The notes under the pieces are model-generated. The model worked only from the letters and a program-made list of their open reading frames with translations, had not been told where the DNA came from and searched no databases. Shown piece after piece: positions 17,969 to 26,995 of a stretch of DNA of 64,000 bases; position 1 is the stretch's first letter; each line of letters starts with the position of its first letter. Position numbers and translations under genes: made by a program. The DNA lies in NCBI GenBank assembly GCA_050697555.1, contig JBOHAD010000002.1, forward strand, positions 10,464-74,463, read 5' to 3'. This DNA comes from Gaiellaceae bacterium (GTDB taxonomy: Bacteria; Actinomycetota; Thermoleophilia; Gaiellales; Gaiellaceae).

Positions 17969-18559
17969 GTGGGAGCGACAGAGAGTGGCGTCTTCGCACT
18001 CGCCCGCGAGGCTGGGATCGAACTCGAAGCTGGCCGCTCGCTGCCGTGGCTCTCTAATCGCGGGCACCTGAACCCGCTGGTCTCAGCTTCCGTACCTCGC
18101 GGCACGCTGGGAATCTTGGCCGCGCTGCACGAGCGACTCGGTGGAGACGAGACCGCTCTCGCCCTCAAGCGGTCAGGTGGTGGCCCGCGGCCCGACTTCA
18201 TCCTCCGCGAGGCGGAGCTGATCGTCGAGGTCGATGAAGTTCAGCACTTCACGAGCGACCGACTGTTGACACTCGAGCTCTATCCGAAGCGCATGGAGAT
18301 TGCCTTCGACATTGACGAGTACCGAACGCTCGCGAGCAAGTGGAGTTCGGTGGCGGACAAGTATCGGGCAGCCAAGCCGGCCCTTGACTTTCCACACCCT
18401 GGCGGACGGCGAGCGCAACGAGCCTACTTCGATGCCGTCCGTGACCTGGTGGCGCCCTCGTTCGGCTGGACAGTCTGCCGCATCCCAGCGCCGGAGTGCG
18501 ACCCGATCATCGCCTTCACGAGATTGACCGATCGCCTCGCTCGGCCGTTGTCGCGTTGA
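17969..18559 (+). CDS. DUF559/Vsr-like PD-(D/E)xK nuclease-fold protein (candidate toxin partner)
   Basis: RPDFILREAELIVEVDEVQHF resembles the DUF559 core (D-F...E-x-D-x-x-x-H). It starts 19 nt after the antitoxin stop. Confidence 0.55.
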   Translation: MGATESGVFALAREAGIELEAGRSLPWLSNRGHLNPLVSASVPRGTLGILAALHERLGGDETALALKRSGGGPRPDFILREAELIVEVDEVQHFTSDRLLTLELYPKRMEIAFDIDEYRTLASKWSSVADKYRAAKPALDFPHPGGRRAQRAYFDAVRDLVAPSFGWTVCRIPAPECDPIIAFTRLTDRLARPLSR

Positions 18560-18670
18560 GCAGGGGTCGGCGCCACCATCGTAGCGCTGGGCCGACAGGA
18601 GAACCCGTCGTCGTCGTCGTCGTTCCAGGACTCATGGCTGGTTGAGACCGAATGCGGGGGCCGTTCGCGA

Positions 18671-18877
18671 CTAGACGGCCCGCAGGGCGTTGATGAGAGC
18701 CGCGGTTTCGTCGAGCCCATACGCAAGTTGCGCACGCTCGTCGCCGGCGGCCTGGACGTCGCTCACGTCAATACGAAGCCGGTAGGCCTTGAATGTCTCC
18801 TTGTCCTTCACCTCAGGAATGCCGGCAGCCCGCATCGCCTCCTGCAAGCGGGGTCTCCATCGCCCAGGGATAATCAA
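18671..18877 (-). CDS. hypothetical small protein or gene fragment
   Basis: 68-aa ORF with protein-like composition and no recognisable family. Confidence 0.3.
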   Translation of the reverse strand: MIIPGRWRPRLQEAMRAAGIPEVKDKETFKAYRLRIDVSDVQAAGDERAQLAYGLDETAALINALRAV

Positions 18878-19136
18878 CGACCAGCCGGATGCCTTTCGCG
18901 TAACGCCGGGTAGAAGAGCCCGGCGGCGAGTTCAACGCTAGGGCTCTCCTACTCCCGGCGCCAGGCCAGATCCAGGCTGGAAGGTTGCGGCAGCGCCGGG
19001 CTAAAGGGTTTCCTCTTGAATCTTCTGGTGCAATGGGGTATCACTCTATCTTGCCATCAGGCATCAGGGAGTTTCCTCGGGTCGCGCTCTGCGGTCGCGG
19101 TCCCCGGGACACGCTTCGCGACCATAGGGGGTTACG

Positions 19137-21203
19137 GTGACACGTGCTGTGAGGGCTGCGCGCCGGCTTCGCATGCGGCGACCGTCCGGCTTTGTTCTCG
19201 CGCTCTTGATCCTACTTGTCATCACGGGCTCATTTCGTCTGCCTGAGCGGGCCGCTGCGACTCATGGGGGAACCCATGTGAGCGGGACTATTGGCTCGAA
19301 CGCCACCTGGACTGTGGGAGGAAGCCCGTATGTGCTGGACGGGAACGTGACGGTGGCCTCGGGCGTGACCCTAACGATCGAGCCCGGCGTGGTCGTGAAG
19401 TTCAACGGGCAGTACCGCACGTTTACGGTCAGGGGGACTCTGAGCGCTGTGGGAACGCCGGAGAGCGGGATCGTCTTCACTTCGATTCAGGACGATTCGG
19501 TTGGAGGCGACTCGGGCGGAGATGGCCCGACACCCGGGGCGCCTGGGCAGTGGTACGAGATCGGCTTCAAATCGGGCAGCACGAGTTCACTCCTGAAGTT
19601 CGTCGAGGTTCGCTACGGGGGGTACGGCTCCGCGAACTGGGCCTACGGGGCCATCAACGTCGGGGCTTCGTCGGCAGTCACGATCGAAGACTCACGAATC
19701 ACGGATAGCGACCGCTCGGGAATCAAGATCAACGAGGGCGGGGCGACCGTTCGCCGCTCTGTGATCCAGAAAGGCGGCAACGGAATCTCGGTCAACCAAG
19801 GGTGGGTCGCGGTCGAAGACCGAACGTTCATCCAAGACAACTCGGGCGAAGGCGTCTGGTTCAACCTCACGAGCTCGTACGATGGCCCCGCCTCTTCGAT
19901 CATGGAGAGCGACGTCACGGACAGTGGTGGTGAGGGGATCGAGCTCCAGGTGGCTAGCACGCTCCCCACCTCGAAGTGGCCGCATGGAAACCGAAACAAC
20001 ATTTTTGCGAATGCGGGGAAGCAGCTAAAGCTTTCGGGTTACCATCCGCCGTCGTACACGAAGCAGTACGCGGTCGATTGGACTGGTAACTACTGGGGGA
20101 GTGACGTCCACTTCTGGTATGCGCCGTCGCTCTGCTCAGGAACGGATCCATATTCTCCTGGCCATCTCGGGTACACGTGGAGCAATCCTGCTCCTGAGCC
20201 CGGCGGACTCGTTCCGCCGCCGAGTGGACCGATTAGCTACACCACTTTCAAAGCCGGCACAGGGGACAGCGTCGTCTATTGCGCCTACGATCGCTTCAAG
20301 ATCGACACCTGCCAGCTCTCAACTAGCTATATTATGAGCGACCTTCACACAATTACTTTCTCCACTCCGCAGCCGCTGGAGACGGTCCTGGATTGCGCAG
20401 CCGATGGCGGGGTTTCTCCGCAGCTGCTTCAGTCGAACGTAGCCACAACATGCCCGGATACGCATGTCGGCTACTTTGTCGACCCGCTGGCATCTACGAG
20501 CGATGTACTGGCAGGCTACGAGCCCATGGTGAGTGGCCTCGTCGATGAACTCAACGTAATCGGCGACTTCTCATGCTCATACGCTGGATCGGCGCCTGTC
20601 AACGAGATGGTGGCTATTCACATACCAACCTATGACCCTCGGCTTCCTGACTTTCTCGAGCCGGACTTCGAATGCTCGGCCTCGGATCCTTGGGAGCCTT
20701 CACATGGAAGGATCGACGTCTTTCCTTCCTATCGACCAGGCTTTGAAGGGCAGCGCTATGTGTACCAGCTATTCCGATGGGATGTGGCTCGCCTAGATGT
20801 CCTCAAGGGTTGTGGTAATGGCGTCACCATCGAGGCCGACGCCGTCTTCAATAACTTCGATGGCCAGCAGTACCTTGGTGAGATCGTCGGCTGGGCATCG
20901 AACCTACCGGATGACTACAAAGACACGCAGGCCTTTGATTGTCTCCCGCTATTGCCGTGCAATCGTCGCATCTATACGGTAGGGTCGGCCGACGTGCATC
21001 GCCTACAAGCCAACTTCGCCTACTACACGCTAATTCGAACCAAGCCGGGCAACGCTAGCTCGGATACTGCCGCACTGAACTTTCAGGGCGGTACACGCCT
21101 CCCCGAGTTTTGCCACAAAGCGTGGTGCGTCGAGCCCAAGGAGAGCAAGATCGTGATTCCCGAATGGGGCATTCCGGTGCCCGGCTCTGTCTCCTGGGAC
21201 TGA
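19137..21203 (+). CDS. secreted right-handed parallel beta-helix repeat protein with unknown C-terminal domain
   Basis: Signal/TM segment FVLALLILLVITG. Repeats such as VASGVTLTIEPGVVVKF, VTIEDSRITDSDRSGIKI and NGISVNQGWVAVEDRTFIQDNSGEGVWF. The locus is visibly AT-richer. Confidence 0.8.
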   Translation: MTRAVRAARRLRMRRPSGFVLALLILLVITGSFRLPERAAATHGGTHVSGTIGSNATWTVGGSPYVLDGNVTVASGVTLTIEPGVVVKFNGQYRTFTVRGTLSAVGTPESGIVFTSIQDDSVGGDSGGDGPTPGAPGQWYEIGFKSGSTSSLLKFVEVRYGGYGSANWAYGAINVGASSAVTIEDSRITDSDRSGIKINEGGATVRRSVIQKGGNGISVNQGWVAVEDRTFIQDNSGEGVWFNLTSSYDGPASSIMESDVTDSGGEGIELQVASTLPTSKWPHGNRNNIFANAGKQLKLSGYHPPSYTKQYAVDWTGNYWGSDVHFWYAPSLCSGTDPYSPGHLGYTWSNPAPEPGGLVPPPSGPISYTTFKAGTGDSVVYCAYDRFKIDTCQLSTSYIMSDLHTITFSTPQPLETVLDCAADGGVSPQLLQSNVATTCPDTHVGYFVDPLASTSDVLAGYEPMVSGLVDELNVIGDFSCSYAGSAPVNEMVAIHIPTYDPRLPDFLEPDFECSASDPWEPSHGRIDVFPSYRPGFEGQRYVYQLFRWDVARLDVLKGCGNGVTIEADAVFNNFDGQQYLGEIVGWASNLPDDYKDTQAFDCLPLLPCNRRIYTVGSADVHRLQANFAYYTLIRTKPGNASSDTAALNFQGGTRLPEFCHKAWCVEPKESKIVIPEWGIPVPGSVSWD

Positions 21204-21365
21204 GCCGGAAGGGCCAGTCGTGCTTCAGGGAATCGAACGTGCTGAAGAAGACGGGTCTCGCGGACTCGGATCCCGACAACCGAGGCCTTTTGGTCGAGCC
21301 ATGCCGCTGGACTCCCCGAAGAGGGGACGTCGCTCGCGTGCTCTTGTACTACTCTTTGGAGGGTC

Positions 21366-21899
21366 GTGTCGCAGCTAGCTGCTAGGGGGACGAAGCTGAC
21401 GTTCGCCTTTTCGGCGGGTTTGTTGTGGATCCCTCTAGTCATCGGCGCACTGATTGCCGCTGACACGGGTCCCCTCGCCGTGGCCGTCGCGTTCGCGATC
21501 GCGGGATCGTGTGCGCTCGGGAGCGCGATCGTACTATCGGTTGTGCGCGGCGCGATGGTGAGGGTCACGGCGCTCGCCGGGCTCTCGCTCGGCGTTGTGC
21601 TCGCGTCAGCTGGCCTTCCGGTCACCGTGCCGAGTTACGACCCGTACACCGAAGTGGGATTCGGTTATCCGATTCCCTTCGTCTTCGCTGATCTTTCGTA
21701 CGGGGGCGGCCACCAGCCCGTCGCCCATCCCACCACGGAGCACTGGAATCCATGGGAGCAGCCTGCGCTATTGGATCTACCTCGCTTCTTGCTCTCATAT
21801 CTCGTCGTCTTCGCTTTGCTCACTGTGATCTCACTCGGCGCCCGCGCAAGCTGGCGACGCGTACGCCACTCGCCGGTTCGGCGGTCGAGCTCCTGGTAA
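21366..21899 (+). CDS. integral membrane protein (about 4 TM)
   Basis: Hydrophobic segments throughout. It follows the beta-helix gene on the same strand. Confidence 0.6.
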   Translation: MSQLAARGTKLTFAFSAGLLWIPLVIGALIAADTGPLAVAVAFAIAGSCALGSAIVLSVVRGAMVRVTALAGLSLGVVLASAGLPVTVPSYDPYTEVGFGYPIPFVFADLSYGGGHQPVAHPTTEHWNPWEQPALLDLPRFLLSYLVVFALLTVISLGARASWRRVRHSPVRRSSSW

Positions 21900-22600
21900 G
21901 GCCTTAGACTGCGAGTCGCCAGACGGCTTCGACGTTTCGCTTGCTCAGCCGGACTTCGGCGCTCGGGCACCAGCGAGCGGGTATCACTCCCTATGGCCTT
22001 CGATGGCTCGAGGCTCAGTCGGGACGCGACAGAGTTCTCCACGACGCGCATGGAGTCATGGTCTTTGAGGCCGAGCCGACTCCTTCGTTCGCCTCACTTG
22101 GGCCAGTGACAGCGGTGGTCGTAAGCCCGGCGAACGGGTGGTCGAGATAGTGCAGGCCGCCGCTCGGCCGGACGTCCAGATGACCGAGCAGCAACAGCTC
22201 GCCTTCGACCTCTACTCGGCCTCGTTCTCTGAAGAGTCAGCGGACGCGCGCTTCCTACTGATGATGGCGGTCGAGACCCTGCTGGAGCCCCAGAAACGCT
22301 CCGAAGCCGTCGCCGCGCACGAAGGTGAGACCGCGTTCCTGCTCGCGGGCGACGAGAAGCTGAAGGTGCGTCGGCCAGGGCTGGCCTGGGATCGGCCCGG
22401 CCCGCCCAACCGACAGGGCCCGCCTCGCACCGCGCCTGCTGGTTCCTCGCCCCTTGGCTGCTCAAGAGGACTCGAGGCACGGTAGCCATGTCGGCGCGTG
22501 CTTAAGCCATCCCTGCGACCGCCGGTCGCCCCGGCCGGCGGTCGCTCCCGCTTGCTCGGCTCGCCCGGCGAGTCCTCGCGCCCGGCGCTGACGGGCGAGT

Positions 22601-22666
22601 GCGCGCCAGTCGCGCGCCAGTGCGCGCCACTCTTGAGCGGTCTCTAGCGGTCTAGGGCGGTCTCGC
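22601..22666. repeat. tandem GCGCGCCA(G/C)T x3 and GCGGTCT x3 repeats (candidate integrase arm sites)
   Basis: Read directly: gcgcgccagt c gcgcgccagt gcgcgccact, then gagcggtct ctagcggtct agggcggtct. They lie 65-130 nt inside the island from the tRNA. Confidence 0.5.
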
Positions 22667-22729
22667 GGAGGACGCCGCCTGGAGCCCGAAACCGGCGGGA
22701 TTGCAGCGGTTTCCGCATGAACAGGCGCA

Positions 22730-22802
22730 TGCGCCTGGCAGGATTCGAACCTGCGACCCGCGGATTAGAAGTCCGCCGCTCTGTCCACTGAGCTACAGGC
22801 GC
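22730..22802 (-). tRNA. tRNA-Arg(TCT)
   Basis: Cloverleaf read by hand: acceptor GCGCCTG/CAGGCGC, D-arm GCTC-AGTGGACA-GAGC, anticodon arm GCGGA-CTTCTAA-TCCGC, T-arm GCAGG-TTCGAAT-CCTGC, discriminator A. No CCA is encoded. Confidence 0.95.
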
Positions 22803-22844
22803 CCGGCGCCACCGTACCACTCGCTACACTCGGCTCCAGAGCGC

Positions 22845-22918
22845 GGTGGCGGTAGCTCAGCTGGTAGAGCCCCGGGTTGTGGTCCCGGTGGTCGTGGGTT
22901 CGAATCCCATCCGCCACC
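22845..22918 (+). tRNA. tRNA-His(GTG)
   Basis: G-1 plus acceptor GTGGCGG/CCGCCAC, anticodon arm CCGGG-TTGTGGT-CCCGG, T-arm GTGGG-TTCGAAT-CCCAT, discriminator C. Confidence 0.95.
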
Positions 22919-22919
22919 C

Positions 22920-24053
22920 CTAGCCTCTGGCCCCGATGAGCCGGCGGCCGACGCCCCTCATCTCGAGTGCCCGCGCGACGTCCGTCACGGAGAGAATTCC
23001 GACGAGCCGCTCTCCGTCCAGGACGAGCGCGCGGTTGACGTCGTTCTCGCCGAGCTCCGCGGCGGCGGCGATGAGCTCGTCCTCCTCCGCGACGACCGGC
23101 ACCTCCTCGCGCGGGATCATGCAGTCGCCGACGGTGCGCGTATCCCATTCGCGCCGGGGCACCTCAGCCACGCGGCGGAAGGGGAGGAGGCCGACGGCGC
23201 GGCCGTTGTCGGTCACGGGGTAGGTCGTGTGGCGGCGCGTCCAGACGACGTCGTCCATGAACTCGCCCAGCGTGACGTCCGCCCGCGTGCTGACGGGATT
23301 GCGCACCATCAGGTCGCGCACGCGCAGACCGGCGAGCGCCTGCCGCGTGAGGAGGTAGCGATCCTCTGCGCCCGCGGCCATGAGCAGGAACCAGCCGATG
23401 AACGCCAGCCAGGCGCCGCTGAACGCGTTCAGGAAGATGAGCAGGGCGATTCCGCCGCCGATGAAGAGGTAGCCCATGGACCGCCCGATCGCCGCCGCGA
23501 TGCGGGTCGCCCAGGCGAACTCGCCGCGGAAGTGCCAGAGCGCTGAGCGCAGCACCCGGCCGCCGTCGAGAGGCAGGGCCGGCAGCAGGTTGAAGACGAG
23601 GAGCGTCAGGTTGATGTAGCCGAGCCAGAAGAGGACGCCGTCGACGCTCGGCGTCATGCGCAGGGCCCAGGCGAGGAGCGCGAAGAGGAGCCCGAGCACG
23701 AGCGAGACGAGCGGCCCCGCGACGGCGATGCGGAACTCGGCGCCCGCGGTCGGGAACATGCCCTTGAACTTCGCCACCCCGCCGAAGAGCCAGAGCGTGA
23801 TGCCCTCGATCTCCATCCCCTCCCGTCGCGCCTCGAGCGCATGGCCGAGCTCGTGGAGGAGGAGCGAGACGAAGAAGAGGACCGCCGCGACGATCGCCAT
23901 GGCGACGTACGTCCCGTCGGAGAGGCCGGGGTTCTGGTTCGGGAAGATGCCGGTCGCCAGCGTCCAGACGATCAGCGCGAAGACGACGAGCCAGCTCCAG
24001 TTGAGCCCGATGCGGATGCCGCCGATGCGGCCGAGGGTGAAGCTGTCCTGCAA
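22920..24053 (-). CDS. site-2 protease family (M50) metalloprotease with CBS pair
   Basis: HELGHAL zinc motif in a multi-TM N-terminal half. The C-terminal region has tandem CBS-like segments (VSTRADVTLGEFMD, VTDNGRAVGLL, LVLDGERLVGILSVTDV). Confidence 0.9.
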   Translation of the reverse strand: MQDSFTLGRIGGIRIGLNWSWLVVFALIVWTLATGIFPNQNPGLSDGTYVAMAIVAAVLFFVSLLLHELGHALEARREGMEIEGITLWLFGGVAKFKGMFPTAGAEFRIAVAGPLVSLVLGLLFALLAWALRMTPSVDGVLFWLGYINLTLLVFNLLPALPLDGGRVLRSALWHFRGEFAWATRIAAAIGRSMGYLFIGGGIALLIFLNAFSGAWLAFIGWFLLMAAGAEDRYLLTRQALAGLRVRDLMVRNPVSTRADVTLGEFMDDVVWTRRHTTYPVTDNGRAVGLLPFRRVAEVPRREWDTRTVGDCMIPREEVPVVAEEDELIAAAAELGENDVNRALVLDGERLVGILSVTDVARALEMRGVGRRLIGARG

Positions 24054-24059
24054 CGGCTT

Positions 24060-24236
24060 CTACCGGGCCTTGCGGGCCTTCTGGACGGCCGTGCCGATCC
24101 GTCGGGCCACGACCGGCCCGTGCGTGCGCACGCTTCGACCGGCCGTCTCCCTGATCCGGCGGCGCTGCTCAGGCGGGATGCGCTTCCAGCCCCGCCGTGC
24201 TCGGTTGGCGACGAAGATCAGCTTCCACACGACCAT
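24060..24236 (-). CDS. small basic hypothetical protein
   Basis: 58 aa. The ATG is preceded by GGAGAGAGAGGAGGTGG. Confidence 0.5.
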   Translation of the reverse strand: MVVWKLIFVANRARRGWKRIPPEQRRRIRETAGRSVRTHGPVVARRIGTAVQKARKAR

Positions 24237-24462
24237 CCACCTCCTCTCTCTCCGCTCCGGGCGCTTTCGTAACGGTACGCGTCCGGCGTAGGTCTCGCAG
24301 GATCGCTCCCTCCCGAGGAGAACCCAGCCGCCGTGGCCCTCCTGGTTCTCGCGCGGCCCGGCGACGCAAGCGCGGAGACGCTGGCGCTCGCGCTCGTCCC
24401 GAACGGCTGACGTTCGGCGGGCCACGACCGCGAGCGGGGTCCTCACGCCGGCTCAGCCGGAC

Positions 24463-25474
24463 GTGGGGATCGTGGTCGAGCGCAGGGCCGGTCCGGGCTG
24501 GGAGACGGTCGCGGAGACCGCCACCGACGCGGCGGGCGCCTTCTCCGCGACCTTCGAGCCGCGGGCGGGAGGCAGGGTCCGCGCGCGAATCGCCGACGCA
24601 GGTGCGATCAGCTCCGAGGTCCGCCTCAGCGTCCTTCCCAGCATTGCGGTCAGGAGGAGCGGGGGCCGCGCGTTCCTCGGCGCGCCGCTCCGCGTGCAGA
24701 TCCGTCCGGTCACCTACCGAGGCCGGGTCACCGTCTTCTCGCTGCGGGGCGGGCCGCGTGGTCGGGCGCGCGAGCGGACGTGTCCGGGACGGACGCCTGC
24801 GCGTGGTCGCGCCCACGCCCGGGATCGGGAGCTTTCGCGTGAGACTGGCTTTCCGGCAGCGTTCGGCCTCGAGCCGCGCATAGTGAAGTCACGCGTGCGG
24901 GCGACGGCGCGACGCCTCTCGGTCGGGTCGCACGGCCCCGACGTGCGCGCGCTTCACCGCAGGCTCGCCGAGCTACGGGTGCACGTCCCGGGGCTCTCAC
25001 GCCGCTACTCCTGGGCGACGTTCGACGCGGTGCTTGCCTTCCAGAAGGCGGTCGGCCTCTCGCGCACGGGCGTCGTCTCGGCCGCGACCTGGCGGGCGCT
25101 GGGCCGCCGCCGCGGCTTCGGCCCTCGCTACGGCAAGCCGAAGCTCCACATCGAGGTCGGCAAGACCCGGCAGATCCTCATGGTCGTCCGGCGGGGGCGC
25201 GTGACGGCCGTGCTGCCCGTGTCGACGGGCGCCACCGGGAACACGCCTGAGGGCGCCTTCCGCATACCTCTGGAAGGCGCCGGCGACGAGCACCTGGCTG
25301 GGGCCCGGGATCCTCTATCGCACGATGACCTTTCACGGGAACTTCGCCATCCACGGCTGGGCCGACGTACCGCGCTACCCGGCGAGCCACGGGTGCGTGC
25401 GCGTTCCCATCTGGGCCGCCGACTGGCTCTACGACCGCTCGCCGGTCGGAGAGCGCGTGTACGTCTACGGCTGA
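24463..25474 (+). pseudogene. L,D-transpeptidase (PG-binding plus YkuD domains), frameshifted
   Basis: PG_binding motif (VRALHRRLAEL...FDAVLAFQKAVGLSRTGVVSAATWRAL) and the YkuD start (HIEVGKTRQILMVV..G.V.AVLPVSTGATGNTPEGAFRI) are in frame 1. The catalytic part (YLWKAPATSTWLGPGILYRTMTFHGNFAIHGWADVPRYPASHGCVRVPIWAADWLY...VYVYG, stop 25472..25474) is in frame 2. The shift is near 25264, and there may be further shifts near 24745 and 24860. Confidence 0.75.
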
Positions 25475-25501
25475 GCAGCCGTGCGGGTATAAAGGTCGGA
25501 G

Positions 25502-26239
25502 GTGGCTGACCGCGTGGGGGAAAGGCTCGCGCTCGAGCAGGCTGTCGAGGCGGTGCCGGGCACGGACCTCGCCGCGTCGCTCGACGACGTCGCGGCGGCG
25601 CTCCCGGTGGCTGTCTCGGTCGAGGCCGTGACGATCCGCCTCCGCGACACGGAGACAGAACGGCTGCATCTGCTCGCGGCAGCCGGGATGCCCTCGCGCG
25701 ACGTGCGCCGGCTGAGCCTGGAGCCGCTCACGATCGCGCACGCGCGTACGCTCCTCGCCGTCGGCGCGGAGCACTCGCTCGCGCGCAAGGTCGGCCTCGT
25801 CTGGCTGCACGGCCGGTGGCTGGCGGACGAGGGCGATCCGCTTGGACTCGTGCTCGTCGGCTCACGAACCCGTCGCCGGGCGGACGACGACGATCTCGCG
25901 CTGATCGCGGCGACGGCGGCGCTCCTCGCCGAGCGGCTCGCCCACGTCGATCGCTCACCGGCGGCTCTGCACGCGGCGTCGCTCTCGCTCGTCCGTCGTC
26001 TCGTCCTCGAGACGCCGCCCAGCCTGGACGGCCGCCTGGCCGCGCTGCGGCCGCGGGAGCAGACGATCCTCGAGCTCTACGCGGACGGCCTCTCGGCCCG
26101 CGAGATCGCCGAGCTGCTCGTCATCTCGCCGCATACGGTGCGGACGCACCTCAAGCTCGCCTTCAAGCGGCTCGACATCCACTCCCGCGATGATGCGACG
26201 GAGATCGTCCGCCGCGACCAGCTGCTGACACTGCTCTGA
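25502..26239 (+). CDS. LuxR-family transcriptional regulator (GAF-like N-terminus, LuxR HTH C-terminus)
   Basis: LRPREQTILELYADGLSAREIAELLVISPHTVRTHLKLAFKRLDIHSRDDA. Confidence 0.88.
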   Translation: MADRVGERLALEQAVEAVPGTDLAASLDDVAAALPVAVSVEAVTIRLRDTETERLHLLAAAGMPSRDVRRLSLEPLTIAHARTLLAVGAEHSLARKVGLVWLHGRWLADEGDPLGLVLVGSRTRRRADDDDLALIAATAALLAERLAHVDRSPAALHAASLSLVRRLVLETPPSLDGRLAALRPREQTILELYADGLSAREIAELLVISPHTVRTHLKLAFKRLDIHSRDDATEIVRRDQLLTLL

Positions 26240-26240
26240 G

Positions 26241-26843
26241 CTACGAGCCCGAGTAGCCCTCCGCGACCTTCGCCCACTCGACGACGTTCCACCAGGCGTC
26301 GATGTAGTCCGGGCGTCGATTCTGGTACTTGAGGTAGTAGGCGTGCTCCCAGACGTCGACGCCGAGGAGCGGCGTCTTTCCCTGCGAGATCGGGTTGTCC
26401 TGGTTCGGCGTCGAGACGACCGCGAGACCGCCGCCCTCCTCGACCAGCCACGCCCAGCCGGAGCCGAACTGGTTCACGCCGGCGTCCTTGAGCTGGGCCT
26501 TGAAGTCCTCGAAGGAGCCGAAGCCCGACTGGATCGCCTCCGCGAGCGCGCCCTCGGGATCGCCGCCGCCGCCCGCGCTCATCCACTCCCAGAAGAGGGA
26601 GTGGTTGTAGTGGCCGCCGCCATTGTTCCGAACCGGGGTGCGCTTGTCGTCCGGGATCCGGTCGAGGTTTCGGAGTACCTCCTCGATCGGCTTGTCCGCC
26701 CACTCGGTGCCTTCGAGCGCGGCGTTGACCTTGTCCACGTAGGCCTGGTGGTGCTTGTCGTGGTGGACCCGCATCGTCTGCTCGTCGATGTGCGGCTCGA
26801 GCGCGCCGTAGTCGTAGGGAAGTGCCGGAACCTCGTACGCCAT
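26241..26843 (-). CDS. sodA: Fe/Mn superoxide dismutase
   Basis: [36 protein letters not shown]...[12 protein letters not shown]...[18 protein letters not shown]. Confidence 0.97.
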   Translation of the reverse strand: MAYEVPALPYDYGALEPHIDEQTMRVHHDKHHQAYVDKVNAALEGTEWADKPIEEVLRNLDRIPDDKRTPVRNNGGGHYNHSLFWEWMSAGGGGDPEGALAEAIQSGFGSFEDFKAQLKDAGVNQFGSGWAWLVEEGGGLAVVSTPNQDNPISQGKTPLLGVDVWEHAYYLKYQNRRPDYIDAWWNVVEWAKVAEGYSGS

Positions 26844-26995
26844 TGCGGTGCCTCCTTCGCGTCGTGTCGATCTGCCCGGAATCTACAGTGGCCTCGATTC
26901 GTCCCGCCGACGATTGCCCCGGTGGGGCATCTCCGCGACGATTTGCGCCCGTAGCTGCTGGAGATCAAGGCCCCGAGTTCCTTACCTGGTCGCGC

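Larger units (their letters stand above)
5718..22802. mobile_element. putative decayed integrated element at tRNA-Arg(TCT), about 17 kb, no integrase left
   Basis: The intact tRNA sits at the right end and its displaced 3'-half copy at the left end, in the orientation expected for integration into a tRNA 3' end. Shared arm-like repeats lie just inside both ends. The cargo is accessory in type and has AT-richer patches. Confidence 0.5.

Noticed and set aside
22138-22485. 115-aa ORF next to tRNA-Arg(TCT) (MTEQQQLAFDLYSASFSEESADARFLLMMAVETLLEPQK...)
   Set aside because: The first about 60 aa look protein-like, but the rest degenerates into Pro/Gly/Arg-rich sequence. It is probably a truncated relic at the island edge and too uncertain to call as a gene.
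22601-22666. Short tandem repeats as a CRISPR array
   Set aside because: The units are 7-11 nt and directly adjacent, with no spacers, and no cas genes are in the window.
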